Positions 7,691 through 18,055 are shown, counted from the first letter of the stretch. The stretch is 32,000 nt of DNA from Candidatus Saccharimonadota bacterium (GCA_016699955.1 CP064993.1:1140001-1172000); one strand, 5' to 3'. A program made the numbers and translations. The notes: generated by a model not told the origin, from the letters alone.

Positions 7691-8065
7691 ATGAAGCAGC
7701 CCGATAACTATTCCGGCATTGTTTTGCGCGGCAACCAATATGGTCGGACGCTGGGGTTCCCTACGGCTAATTTTGACGCTGACATTTTAAAGCATGTCGA
7801 GCAAGAAGGTGTTTACGCCTGCTCCGTTCACCTGGGATCGCAGTTTTACAGGGGCGCACTTTACCTGGGGCCAAGAATTGTGCTGCACGAAACAAAACGG
7901 GTTTTGGAAATTCATATCCTAGACTTTAACCAGGATATCTACGGCCAAACGCTCTCATTCCAACTCGGTCGCTTCATCCGACCCCCACTGGATTTTGATG
8001 GTCTGGGCGCCCTCAAGGCACAATTTGCCGCTGACATCGCCGCTGTTAAGCAAGCAACCCAGTAG
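7691..8065 (+). CDS. monofunctional riboflavin kinase (RFK domain only, 124 aa)
   Basis: GFPTAN motif and LEIHILDF..DIYG..L, typical of the RibF C-terminal kinase domain. No FAD-synthetase domain. The ATG is 1 nt after the asd stop. The upstream part of the 7577 ORF overlaps asd and is discounted. Confidence 0.8.
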   Translation: MKQPDNYSGIVLRGNQYGRTLGFPTANFDADILKHVEQEGVYACSVHLGSQFYRGALYLGPRIVLHETKRVLEIHILDFNQDIYGQTLSFQLGRFIRPPLDFDGLGALKAQFAADIAAVKQATQ

Positions 8066-8098
8066 TAACCCGAGCACAGATTAAACGCTGAGTTGTAA

Positions 8099-10307
<2,209 letters not shown>

Positions 10308-10321
10308 ACCAGTATTGTCGC

Positions 10322-10372
10322 ATCAGAAAACAAAATAGAAAACTCCTCTTTAAAAATGGGAGTTTTCTATTT
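10322..10372 (-). terminator. intrinsic terminator downstream of the DUF1508 gene
   Basis: 14-bp perfect stem AAATAGAAAACTCC / GGAGTTTTCTATTT (10333-10346 / 10359-10372), followed on the minus strand by TTGTTTTCT. Confidence 0.7.
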
Positions 10373-10480
10373 GCACGACTGACTGCGCAAACGAACTTTC
10401 CGAACGCTCGCTTTTTTAGCTCACAACCTTCGATCGTTTTGGTCAAAAATCGGTGGTACTTCGGCGGGACGGAGGATTAA

Positions 10481-10657
10481 CTATGATGCAGCTTCAACAA
10501 CGTCGGCTTCTGCCGCAGCCCGAGTCACTGCTTCACAACCTCGTACCGCACCGTCTTTAGTGGTGTATTCTTCGCCCGTAGCAACAATTTCCCCGTTGCC
10601 TGCCTTTAGTCGCCAGCGCCAACCATTTTTGCTTGGGTATACTTCAAACTTTGCCAT
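10481..10657 (-). CDS. YegP/DUF1508 (UPF0339) family small protein, 58 aa
   Basis: MAKFEVYPSKNGWRWRLKAGNGEIVATGEEYTTKDGAVRGCEAVTRAAAEADVVEAAS. SD AAGGAGGG upstream. Absent from the ORF track because it is under 60 aa. Confidence 0.8.
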   Translation of the reverse strand: MAKFEVYPSKNGWRWRLKAGNGEIVATGEEYTTKDGAVRGCEAVTRAAAEADVVEAAS

Positions 10658-10746
10658 ATACGACCCTCCTTACTTGTACTACTATGATGCGCTAACGGCA
10701 TTCAAATGACAAGCGTACCCAAGCCGAATGTCGTATACTACATGCA

Positions 10747-11883
10747 ATGCTAGTTCCTTTTTCTGCACTAACGGCTCGCGTATACACGGTTGGGGTCAAG
10801 CCAATCCTGTTTCGTCGCAAGCCAGACATTGTCCATGAGCGCATGATAAAAGCTTCCCGTTTTGTTGGCAAAGTTGCCCCTTTACGCTGGCTCACACGCC
10901 TAGTGTATCGGCATGACGACAAGCGACTTAGCCAAAACTTTTACGGCACAACGTTCCCTAACCCCGTTGGTCTTGCTGCTGGGCTTGACAAAAATGCCGA
11001 AATGGTTGCTGTACTCCCTGCAATCGGCTTTGGCTTTGGCACTATTGGTTCGGTAACGCATCAACCTTGCGCAGGCAACCCGCGGCCTTGGTTTTACCGC
11101 CTGCCCAATCACAAATCACTAGTTGTTAATGCAGGCTTAGCAAATGAGGGCGTTGAAAAAATACAAAAGCGTCTCACAAAGTACAAAGCAGCATTGGTCC
11201 GAGGGTTTCCTCTAGTTGTTTCCGTTGCAAAAACAAACATCCCCGAAAATTGCACAGATGACGAGGCAATTGCGGATTATTTGGGTAGTTTGGTCAAGCT
11301 CAAAGATGAACCGCGGGTGGGTATACTGGAAATCAATATTTCCTGTCCCAACGCTTACGGCGGCGAACCATTTACTGATCCAAAGCGGCTAGAAACATTA
11401 CTTAGTGCAGTTGATACACTCAAAATTACAAAGCCAATCTGGGTAAAAATGCCTATAAACCACTCCTGGCCAGATTTCGATGCTCTACTAAAAGTCGTTC
11501 TCAAACACAATATCCAGGGAGTTACCATTGGCAACCTTAGCAAGGAGCGGAGTATAATTCCATCTGAAGAATTGCCGAATGAGGTTAAGGGCAACCTGAG
11601 CGGACTGCCCACTCAAACACTTAGTGACGAGCTGATAGGACAAACCTACCAGTCGTACGGCGACCGACTGACAATCATTGGCGTAGGGGGAATATTTACC
11701 GCCGAAGATGCTTACCGCAAAATTCGACTCGGCGCCAGCCTGGTTGAGCTTATCACCGGCGTTATATACGAGGGGCCACAACTTATCGGCCAGATCAATC
11801 GCCAACTCGCAAATCAGCTTAGCAAAGATGGGTTTTCAAACATTTCTAGCGCAATTGGGTCTGCTCACAGGCAAAACATTTAA
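10747..11883 (+). CDS. pyrD: dihydroorotate dehydrogenase (quinone-type, class 2)
   Basis: 378 aa. Motifs: GLAAGLDKNAE; LEINISCPN; GVGGI. TATACT + 7 nt precedes the ATG. Confidence 0.9.
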   Translation: MLVPFSALTARVYTVGVKPILFRRKPDIVHERMIKASRFVGKVAPLRWLTRLVYRHDDKRLSQNFYGTTFPNPVGLAAGLDKNAEMVAVLPAIGFGFGTIGSVTHQPCAGNPRPWFYRLPNHKSLVVNAGLANEGVEKIQKRLTKYKAALVRGFPLVVSVAKTNIPENCTDDEAIADYLGSLVKLKDEPRVGILEINISCPNAYGGEPFTDPKRLETLLSAVDTLKITKPIWVKMPINHSWPDFDALLKVVLKHNIQGVTIGNLSKERSIIPSEELPNEVKGNLSGLPTQTLSDELIGQTYQSYGDRLTIIGVGGIFTAEDAYRKIRLGASLVELITGVIYEGPQLIGQINRQLANQLSKDGFSNISSAIGSAHRQNI

Positions 11884-11886
11884 CAA

Positions 11887-11917
11887 AATAAAAAGCCTCG
11901 ATTACCGAGGCTTTTTA
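11887..11917. terminator. bidirectional intrinsic terminator
   Basis: AAAGCCTCG attac CGAGGCTTT stem flanked by an A-run (left) and a T-run (right). It lies between convergent pyrD and a small minus-strand ORF. Confidence 0.75.
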
Positions 11918-11957
11918 CACTTGCAGAAAGACGTTCATCATACACATTCCTCGCGCC

Positions 11958-12092
11958 CTACAGCGCAAGACCTGCAATACGATGAGCCCTGCGACGACGC
12001 TGCCACTTGTCTTCAAAACGTCGTATGACGGCTTGAAGCTCGGCCTCGCTACGCGGGTGCAAGTTAAAGGTTTGTTTAAATATGGTATTCAT
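11958..12092 (-). CDS. hypothetical small basic protein (44 aa)
   Basis: MNTIFKQTFNLHPRSEAELQAVIRRFEDKWQRRRRAHRIAGLAL. SD GGGAGG 8 nt upstream of ATG 12092. No family recognised. Confidence 0.35.
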   Translation of the reverse strand: MNTIFKQTFNLHPRSEAELQAVIRRFEDKWQRRRRAHRIAGLAL

Positions 12093-12301
12093 ACGCATTC
12101 CCTCCCGTATGACATTTTTATCATACGGCAGGCTGCGATAATCTGCTGTAACGTAATTCACACATATGGTGTGATAAAAGCCACAGTAACGCTACAGATT
12201 GCTGACGGTATTACTGGACAAGCACAAACCTGCACTTAATCCAGAGCAATCCAGGGGGTGTTTTAGGTCACTGTTATTTGAAGGCTAAGTACTTGTAGCG
12301 T

Positions 12302-12517
12302 TTACGCTTTGCCGCCTTTGCGGCCCGCTTCTCGCGCGCGCTCGGGGTTGTTCTTGAAATTGCCGGGGCTTATACTGCCACCAGCTTTACCCGCAAGCGA
12401 TGCGCGCTCGGGGTTGTTCTTGAAATTGCCAGAACTCAGTTTGCCGCCCTTACGACCAGCTCTAGCATGGCCTTCGGAGTCTCCGTGCCAACCCTTACCT
12501 GATTGTTCTTTTGCCAT
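12302..12517 (-). CDS. KGG-repeat general stress protein (YciG-like)
   Basis: 71 aa. Repeated G(N)FKNNPERA...AG.KGG units. Confidence 0.8.
   Translation of the reverse strand: MAKEQSGKGWHGDSEGHARAGRKGGKLSSGNFKNNPERASLAGKAGGSISPGNFKNNPERAREAGRKGGKA
12336..12430. repeat. two 29-nt identical coding repeats (period 66 nt) inside the KGG gene
   Basis: gcgcgctcggggttgttcttgaaattgcc at 12336-12364 and 12402-12430. Both encode GNFKNNPERA. Confidence 0.9.
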
Positions 12518-12585
12518 ACAAAACCCCCGCGCTATTCTGCTATAGCCAACTTACACCCTCGGAGCAGAAATTGCTATAAGATATC

Positions 12586-12885
12586 TTACACTCTTGGCCA
12601 CACCACCTTACCCAAAATGTCCTCCTTGGCAACGGGACCAAAGTGGCGACTATCTGTACTTTGAGACAAATTATCTCCCCTAACGTCGTATTTACCACCT
12701 TCTACCTTATGAATCCTTTTTATTTTTTCTCGGCCACGGTGCGAGATAACCACGACATCTTCAGGCTCATACTGCCGCTTCCTTACAGCAATAACCACCT
12801 GCTCTGGGTCGAGTACTGGCCACATGCTCTTGCCCACCACCCGCCGGATGAGAATAAATGTGCGTCTTTTGGACTCTTGGCTCAT
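12586..12885 (-). CDS. sodX: Ni-SOD maturation protease (S26-type signal-peptidase-like)
   Basis: GKSMWPVL (Ser nucleophile) and RGDN..S.DSR motifs. Located immediately downstream of sodN. Start taken at MSQESKRR (12885); the longer ORF would overlap sodN. Confidence 0.75.
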   Translation of the reverse strand: MSQESKRRTFILIRRVVGKSMWPVLDPEQVVIAVRKRQYEPEDVVVISHRGREKIKRIHKVEGGKYDVRGDNLSQSTDSRHFGPVAKEDILGKVVWPRV

Positions 12886-12895
12886 ATTCTTTTCT

Positions 12896-13276
12896 CTATT
12901 TTTTTGTTTCCCAAAATATTGTTGCAATATCATCAATCATGGTAAGCAGCTTATCCGCTTCAGAAACATCCATATGATGTTTACACTCACCGGCCTGCTT
13001 AGTAGCCAGCCAAAACTTGTCGTGAAGATCTGGATATTTCTCGAGGTGAACTGGCTTAAAATAGTCCGTCCAGAGCACCCAAAGGTGATGTTTTACAAGC
13101 TCAGCACGCTGCTCAATGAGAATAACGGCGCGCATTTTGTTGTGGTCGTCTAGCCCTTCGTACTTGGCCATCATTGCCTTCACACTCTCAGCTTCAATCC
13201 GTGCTTGCGCCGGGTCATACACCCCACACGGCAAATCACAATGCGCATACACCGGTTTAATTCGAAATAGCCTCAT
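12896..13276 (-). CDS. sodN: nickel-containing superoxide dismutase precursor
   Basis: MRLFRIKPVYA / HCDLPCGVYDPA: the Ni-hook motif follows an 11-aa propeptide. 126 aa. SD GGAGGG upstream. Confidence 0.9.
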   Translation of the reverse strand: MRLFRIKPVYAHCDLPCGVYDPAQARIEAESVKAMMAKYEGLDDHNKMRAVILIEQRAELVKHHLWVLWTDYFKPVHLEKYPDLHDKFWLATKQAGECKHHMDVSEADKLLTMIDDIATIFWETKK

Positions 13277-13310
13277 GCACTACCCTCCGTTTCTGTTTCT
13301 AGTATACACG

Positions 13311-14273
13311 CTAGTACAAAGAACGGTGTAGTGCTTCTACAAATTGAGGATAGTGAGTATGCGTCGTATGAGAACCGCCTTCAATCATTACAGCACTTAC
13401 ACTAGCACCGCCAGCAATAGAAACAAACTTTAATACCGATTTGATACGTTCATCGATATCTGGTGTATTTGTAAGCACATCATTTCTGCCAGATACGAAT
13501 AGTACCTTTGCGGTATTTTGCCTTTTAACTAAAGCAACCACATCGTTTAGTAGTGGATCGACTCCCCTATCCGGCCCAGCTGCCAAACCGTAAAGGTAAG
13601 ACTGGAGCATAGGCAGTGACTTTCCGGGTTTCAAGCCTCTTTGATCATAGGACTTTGGGCGATTTGCTGCCACAATCGCAAGTGTAGCCGCGTTCACTGC
13701 CAGCTTATCGGGTGTTTCTGCCTGATGTCTTTTTGCGTGTTTATTCTCGGCTACAAGCATACCCCACGCAAGTTTGGCAGGGCTCATATTAGCCCAACCC
13801 GTACGCACATTTTGAAAAACAGTTTCGATACTGTTCATTGGCGCAATAATACCTAGTGCCGTTGTCAAAACAGCACCAGCTGAATCGCTAGTAAGGTGTT
13901 GCGGCATTAATTGATTCTGTTCTAAAACTTCACGGAGCGCAATCACTACAGGCAGTGCTGCCTTTTCTTTCCAGTCATATAAGCTTCCATGCTGCGCAAA
14001 ATATCTGCGCTCTTTGGCGGTCAGAGCTCCGGATAAACCGTTACCGGGCAACGCAACAACCACATGTTTCAGGTTTGAGGCATCTGCTGCTTTAACGGCA
14101 GTTTCATACACATTTCCCGAGTTACCTGTCCGTGACGATGAGTATGTACCGGCTTCAAGAATGACTCCGCCCGTAGCCTCGTTGTTTACGGTCACAACCT
14201 CAAAAAGATAACGTCCGTCTGTCGAGACAAGCTGCTGGATTCCATCATAAATCTCTGTAATTTTCGTCGCCAC
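13311..14273 (-). CDS. hypothetical alpha/beta-hydrolase-like protein
   Basis: 320 aa. SDSAG nucleophile-elbow-like motif and a C-terminal GGSHTTH. GTG start at 14273; there is no in-frame ATG nearby. Confidence 0.5.
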   Translation of the reverse strand: MATKITEIYDGIQQLVSTDGRYLFEVVTVNNEATGGVILEAGTYSSSRTGNSGNVYETAVKAADASNLKHVVVALPGNGLSGALTAKERRYFAQHGSLYDWKEKAALPVVIALREVLEQNQLMPQHLTSDSAGAVLTTALGIIAPMNSIETVFQNVRTGWANMSPAKLAWGMLVAENKHAKRHQAETPDKLAVNAATLAIVAANRPKSYDQRGLKPGKSLPMLQSYLYGLAAGPDRGVDPLLNDVVALVKRQNTAKVLFVSGRNDVLTNTPDIDERIKSVLKFVSIAGGASVSAVMIEGGSHTTHTHYPQFVEALHRSLY

Positions 14274-14433
14274 TGCGTCCGAATTTTCAGTCAGTCTACC
14301 CTGCCGAGCAGTAATAATGGAACCTGGAAGCTCTACCCCCCCCTGAGTATGTAGTCACAGGGACATACTGATGCCCTACTCGGTAAAGGCTTTCTCCAAT
14401 CATAATGCTGTTATTATACATGTTTTTGTATAT

Positions 14434-15075
14434 TTAGCAAGTTTTTTCACGCCACTTTGCGATGGCGGCGTGATTGCCGTTTTGGAGCACTTCGGGCACT
14501 TTGAGGCCTCGAAATTCTGCTGGGCGCGTGTACTGGGGGTACTCTATTGTTTCATCGTCATCTTGGAACGATTCTATGTCTGCGCTAGTTTCGCCGCCAA
14601 GTACACCGGGAAGCAGGCGAACAACGCTGTCGATGATGATCATGGCAGGTAGCTCGCCGCCCGTGAGGACATACTTACCCATGCAAAATTGTTCATCGAC
14701 CCACTGCGTAATGCGCTCATCATAGCCTTCGTACCGAGGGCAGACGACAATGAGCCCGTTTTCATCGGCCGCTAGACGTTTTGCGTCTGATTGTTTATAC
14801 ATCTTGCCTCTGGGGGTCGGTAATATAACTTTTGCTGCAGGGTCTCGATCCTTTGCGAATTCTACAGCCGCCACAACCGGTTCTGGTTTAATGAGCATAC
14901 CATCTCCACCACCATAAGGCGTATCGTCGACTTGCTTGCGGGGGCCAAGTCCAAAATCCCGTAAATTTATTAATTCATATTGCACAATACCCCGGTTGGC
15001 AGCCTTCCACAGCATGCTGCTCCCAAGCATACCGGTAAACATATCTGGAAATAAGGTAATAATCTGAATTCTCAT
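14434..15075 (-). CDS. trmD: tRNA (guanine37-N1)-methyltransferase
   Basis: MRIQIITLFPDMF...DDTPYGGGDGM...CPRYEGYDER. The ATG at 15075 is preceded by TATACT + 7 nt. The ORF-track start 15081 is a TTG. Confidence 0.92.
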   Translation of the reverse strand: MRIQIITLFPDMFTGMLGSSMLWKAANRGIVQYELINLRDFGLGPRKQVDDTPYGGGDGMLIKPEPVVAAVEFAKDRDPAAKVILPTPRGKMYKQSDAKRLAADENGLIVVCPRYEGYDERITQWVDEQFCMGKYVLTGGELPAMIIIDSVVRLLPGVLGGETSADIESFQDDDETIEYPQYTRPAEFRGLKVPEVLQNGNHAAIAKWREKTC

Positions 15076-15554
15076 TGGCAACAGTATAACGCACGCATAT
15101 CATAACGCCCTAATGGTGTACCGGGTATGCAGCCAAACGAGCTGACGGGCGAGTTACGGGGCACTAATTCAAACATATTTCGGTTAAACGAGGAGGGGCA
15201 TGTTCTCTATGTTACGTATAAACCAAAACCACCCCTGTTACCAGTGGTGGTTTTGTCACATAAAGCTCCCAACGATTTTTTACGGCGTTGGCTCGCACGA
15301 GCTACTAGATGTTTTTATTTTATCGGTGTTAGTCTTTGTAAAGACTCCTACTACCCTAGCACGGCATAAGCATTTTGTCCAGCCCACGACACCATTTTTC
15401 CCAAACTAACGCACCCCACCCATCAATCCTTCAGAAACAAAACCATGTGAATGAAATGGCCTATAGGTCAGTTTATTCACGCTAATAGAGTGCTCTTGCG
15501 CGCACGCGTGCAACGTAGTTGCTGTAATGAGGTGGTGAAGCGCTGGGGTAAAGG

Positions 15555-16076
15555 TTAGATGTCGAGATCGTCGAGATCGGCAAGCTCCGCACGAGTGCGA
15601 GCCATGGCGTCACTTTCTTTTTTCTCAACTGGTTTGTCCTCTTGATCGTCGTCGTCATTCGGTACGGCGGCTGAAACAAATGAGCTGCCTGAGCTGTCGT
15701 CTGAAGCGTCATCTGCTACTGGCGCTGCACTGCTACCGTTTCCATCGGCATAGTTACTGCTAGAATCATTCTGTACTCTCTCTGGTCTCTCGGGACGAGG
15801 TAGAGGATTGCCGTTTTCGTCTAAGCGGTCAACATCTACAATTTTTAGGTTGTAGCGCGCTTCTTGCTTGGTACCAAGCGCTCGTAGCAAAGTGCGAATA
15901 CTTTGTGCCGTTGCACCCCGCTTACCAATCACGCGACCAAGGTCTTCTGCGTCTACGGTAAGTTCAAGCAATACACCTTTTTCATCTACGCTGCGTTTTA
16001 TACTAACTGCCTCTGGTTTTCCGACGAGTGATTTTACTACGTACTCGACGAATTGTTCGTCTATGGTCGCTGACAT
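15555..16076 (-). CDS. KH-domain RNA-binding protein (YlqC/UPF0109-like) with ~90-aa acidic low-complexity C-terminal extension
   Basis: The N-terminal ~80 aa contains the KH motif LGRVIGKRGATAQSIRTLL. The remainder is rich in D/E/S/N/P. SD GGAGG upstream. Confidence 0.85.
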   Translation of the reverse strand: MSATIDEQFVEYVVKSLVGKPEAVSIKRSVDEKGVLLELTVDAEDLGRVIGKRGATAQSIRTLLRALGTKQEARYNLKIVDVDRLDENGNPLPRPERPERVQNDSSSNYADGNGSSAAPVADDASDDSSGSSFVSAAVPNDDDDQEDKPVEKKESDAMARTRAELADLDDLDI

Positions 16077-16107
16077 GCTGCCTCCTATGGCTTAACTGAT
16101 AGTTACG

Positions 16108-16116
16108 ATTATACCA
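16108..16116 (-). promoter_or_regulatory. extended -10 TGgTATAAT upstream of the KH gene
   Basis: Minus strand reads aaacTGgTATAATcg. It lies between the rpsP terminator and the KH-gene SD. Confidence 0.5.
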
Positions 16117-16157
16117 GTTTGTTTGCTGTTGAGATAGTGTGCAGAAACATTTGAAGT

Positions 16158-16191
16158 TTAAAAATAAAACAATCTCGGAGCCAGTCCGAGA
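16158..16191 (-). terminator. intrinsic terminator after rpsP
   Basis: TCTCGGA ctggc TCCGAGA stem (16173-16191), followed on the minus strand by TTGTTTTATTTTT. Confidence 0.7.
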
Positions 16192-16229
16192 ATGTAAAAA
16201 ACACCAGTTTAACCCGCTCGCAAAATTAC

Positions 16230-16655
16230 TTATTCAACCGGTTTTTCTTCGGCTACAGGAGTCTCAACTTCTGTAGCAGCTGGTTGCTCAGCCGCCGGTT
16301 CAGCATCTGGCTCTTTAGCAGGTGCTTCTTCTTTGGGCTCTTCGGGTTGATTGCGACGAAGTTTTTCTGGGTGGCGGAGCTTGCCTTCTTGTTTTGCGGG
16401 TGTTTTCACCCAGCTAGGCAGCTTCATGCCTTCTTTTTTGAAGATCAACACAACCCTATCACTTGGCTGTGCGCCATGATCAAGATAGTGTTGTGCACGC
16501 TCTTTGTCTAGATTGAGTGTTTTGGTATGTGGGTCATATGTTCCGACCTGCGCGACAATTTTGCCACTGGTTGGGGTCCGACGGCTGTCTTGCACGACAA
16601 CGCGGAATTGTGCGTGGCCCTTACGGCCTGTGCGCTGCAAACGAATAACTAACAT
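16230..16655 (-). CDS. rpsP: 30S ribosomal protein S16 with E/P/A/K-rich C-terminal extension
   Basis: MLVIRLQRTGRKGHAQFRVVV... is the S16 core (~85 aa), followed by a ~55-aa extension. Confidence 0.93.
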   Translation of the reverse strand: MLVIRLQRTGRKGHAQFRVVVQDSRRTPTSGKIVAQVGTYDPHTKTLNLDKERAQHYLDHGAQPSDRVVLIFKKEGMKLPSWVKTPAKQEGKLRHPEKLRRNQPEEPKEEAPAKEPDAEPAAEQPAATEVETPVAEEKPVE

Positions 16656-16716
16656 TCGTTATTTCCTTCCCATTAGTTTGATACTTGTCCTATTCTACAG
16701 GTTACCACCCCTGTTG

Positions 16717-17409
16717 TCAAACGTAAGTCTTGAGGGCCGTTGCGGCGGCGGAAACTTGAGCGGTCTGTTTGCTAGGGCCATTACCACGCCCAACAAGCTT
16801 GTCGTTGACATACACACCCACTGTAAATTCTTTTTCATGGTCGGGGCCTTCCTCGCTTAACACTCGGTAATTTGGAGTGGCGCCCACCTGACCCTGCACT
16901 ATTTCCTGCAGCCGCGATTTTGGATCCATCCATGAACCTGTTTCGAGTATATCGTCAAATGTCGAGAGGATTGTATCAGTTATAAATATTCTACAGGCTT
17001 CATATCCACGCTCCAGGTACAGCGCGCCAATAATTGCTTCAAATGCGTTGGCTAGTATTTGTGCCCGTGCACGTTCTGTGCCATTCTTTTCTCCTCGGCT
17101 CAGGCGAAGCAAAGGCTCAACTCCCAGGCGGGCACCGGCCGCACTAATACTCTCAGTCCGAACAAGTGAGCTTCGCCAGTTAGTAAGGATACCCTCTGGC
17201 TCACTGTGGTGAGTGTATAGATATTCGGTCACAACCAGCTCCAGTACAGCATCGCCGAGAAATTCAAGTCGCTCATTGTGTTCGCTGGCCGATTTTTTAT
17301 GCTCGTTCAAATAAGAACGGTGTGTAAATGCCACAATAAGCACTTCAAGGTTCTTAAATGCTCCTCCCAAAAACTGTTTTGCAAAATCCTGATATAGTGT
17401 TGTGTCCAT
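16717..17409 (-). CDS. rnc: ribonuclease III
   Basis: NERLEFLGDAVLELVV signature and a C-terminal dsRBD. Confidence 0.92.
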   Translation of the reverse strand: MDTTLYQDFAKQFLGGAFKNLEVLIVAFTHRSYLNEHKKSASEHNERLEFLGDAVLELVVTEYLYTHHSEPEGILTNWRSSLVRTESISAAGARLGVEPLLRLSRGEKNGTERARAQILANAFEAIIGALYLERGYEACRIFITDTILSTFDDILETGSWMDPKSRLQEIVQGQVGATPNYRVLSEEGPDHEKEFTVGVYVNDKLVGRGNGPSKQTAQVSAAATALKTYV

Positions 17410-17516
17410 AACAATTGGTAGATTGTAGACTGTAGATTGTGGTGTTTGGTGAGTGGCCAGTGATTTGTAGGGCGTAGCAATAGCTAAACCTACCGTCAGC
17501 AGCAGTCTCCGGTCTA

Positions 17517-18050
17517 CTAGTTTGCGTTCCTTTCTCGTACTTTTTTCATCCCAACCAGCATAAGTTTACCGATGTCTTCGTAGGCAATCTCATCGACTGC
17601 CTTAGGTGCGGGTAACCACTGAATGTCACTCAGCCAATCTTCGGGGTGGAGGCGGTTAGTATTGCCCATGCCCTCGACAAGGTAAATGTGCATCGTCATC
17701 AGTACCAGCGTATGGTTGCGGCGGTAGCGAAAGTTTACTTTGCCAAGCCATTGTTGGACATGCATTTCTTGGAGACCTGTTTCTTCGCGAATTTCTCGCT
17801 CGGCGGTCGCTTTTGGCTCTTCACCCTCTTCAACATGCCCTTTTGGTATAGTCCAGCGATTTTTCGCATCTTTAATGAGCAGTATCTCTACGTTACCAGC
17901 TTTTTCATTCCGACGATACACGACGCCGCCAGAAGTCGTTTCGTGTACAACTTCCTGAATGACCGGCCGACGTGTCACAAAATTGCGAATACCTTCAATC
18001 GGTTTCTTGATACCTTCCATGGCAATTCTTTTTCGCTTTGCCTCACCCAT
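17517..18050 (-). CDS. Nudix hydrolase
   Basis: Nudix box GHVEEGEEPKATAEREIREETGL. Start ambiguous (M1 at 18050 or M11). Confidence 0.85.
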   Translation of the reverse strand: MGEAKRKRIAMEGIKKPIEGIRNFVTRRPVIQEVVHETTSGGVVYRRNEKAGNVEILLIKDAKNRWTIPKGHVEEGEEPKATAEREIREETGLQEMHVQQWLGKVNFRYRRNHTLVLMTMHIYLVEGMGNTNRLHPEDWLSDIQWLPAPKAVDEIAYEDIGKLMLVGMKKVRERNAN

Positions 18051-18055
18051 AACCG

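Noticed and set aside
12336-12430. Possible CRISPR-like or tandem DNA repeat
   Set aside because: There are only two 29-nt copies with a 66-nt period. Both are in-frame inside the KGG-repeat protein gene, so this is a coding repeat.
15127-15409. Two overlapping plus-strand ORFs (80 and 69 aa) in the rimM-slot gap
   Set aside because: They lack an SD, run opposite to the surrounding operon, overlap each other in different frames and have implausible composition.
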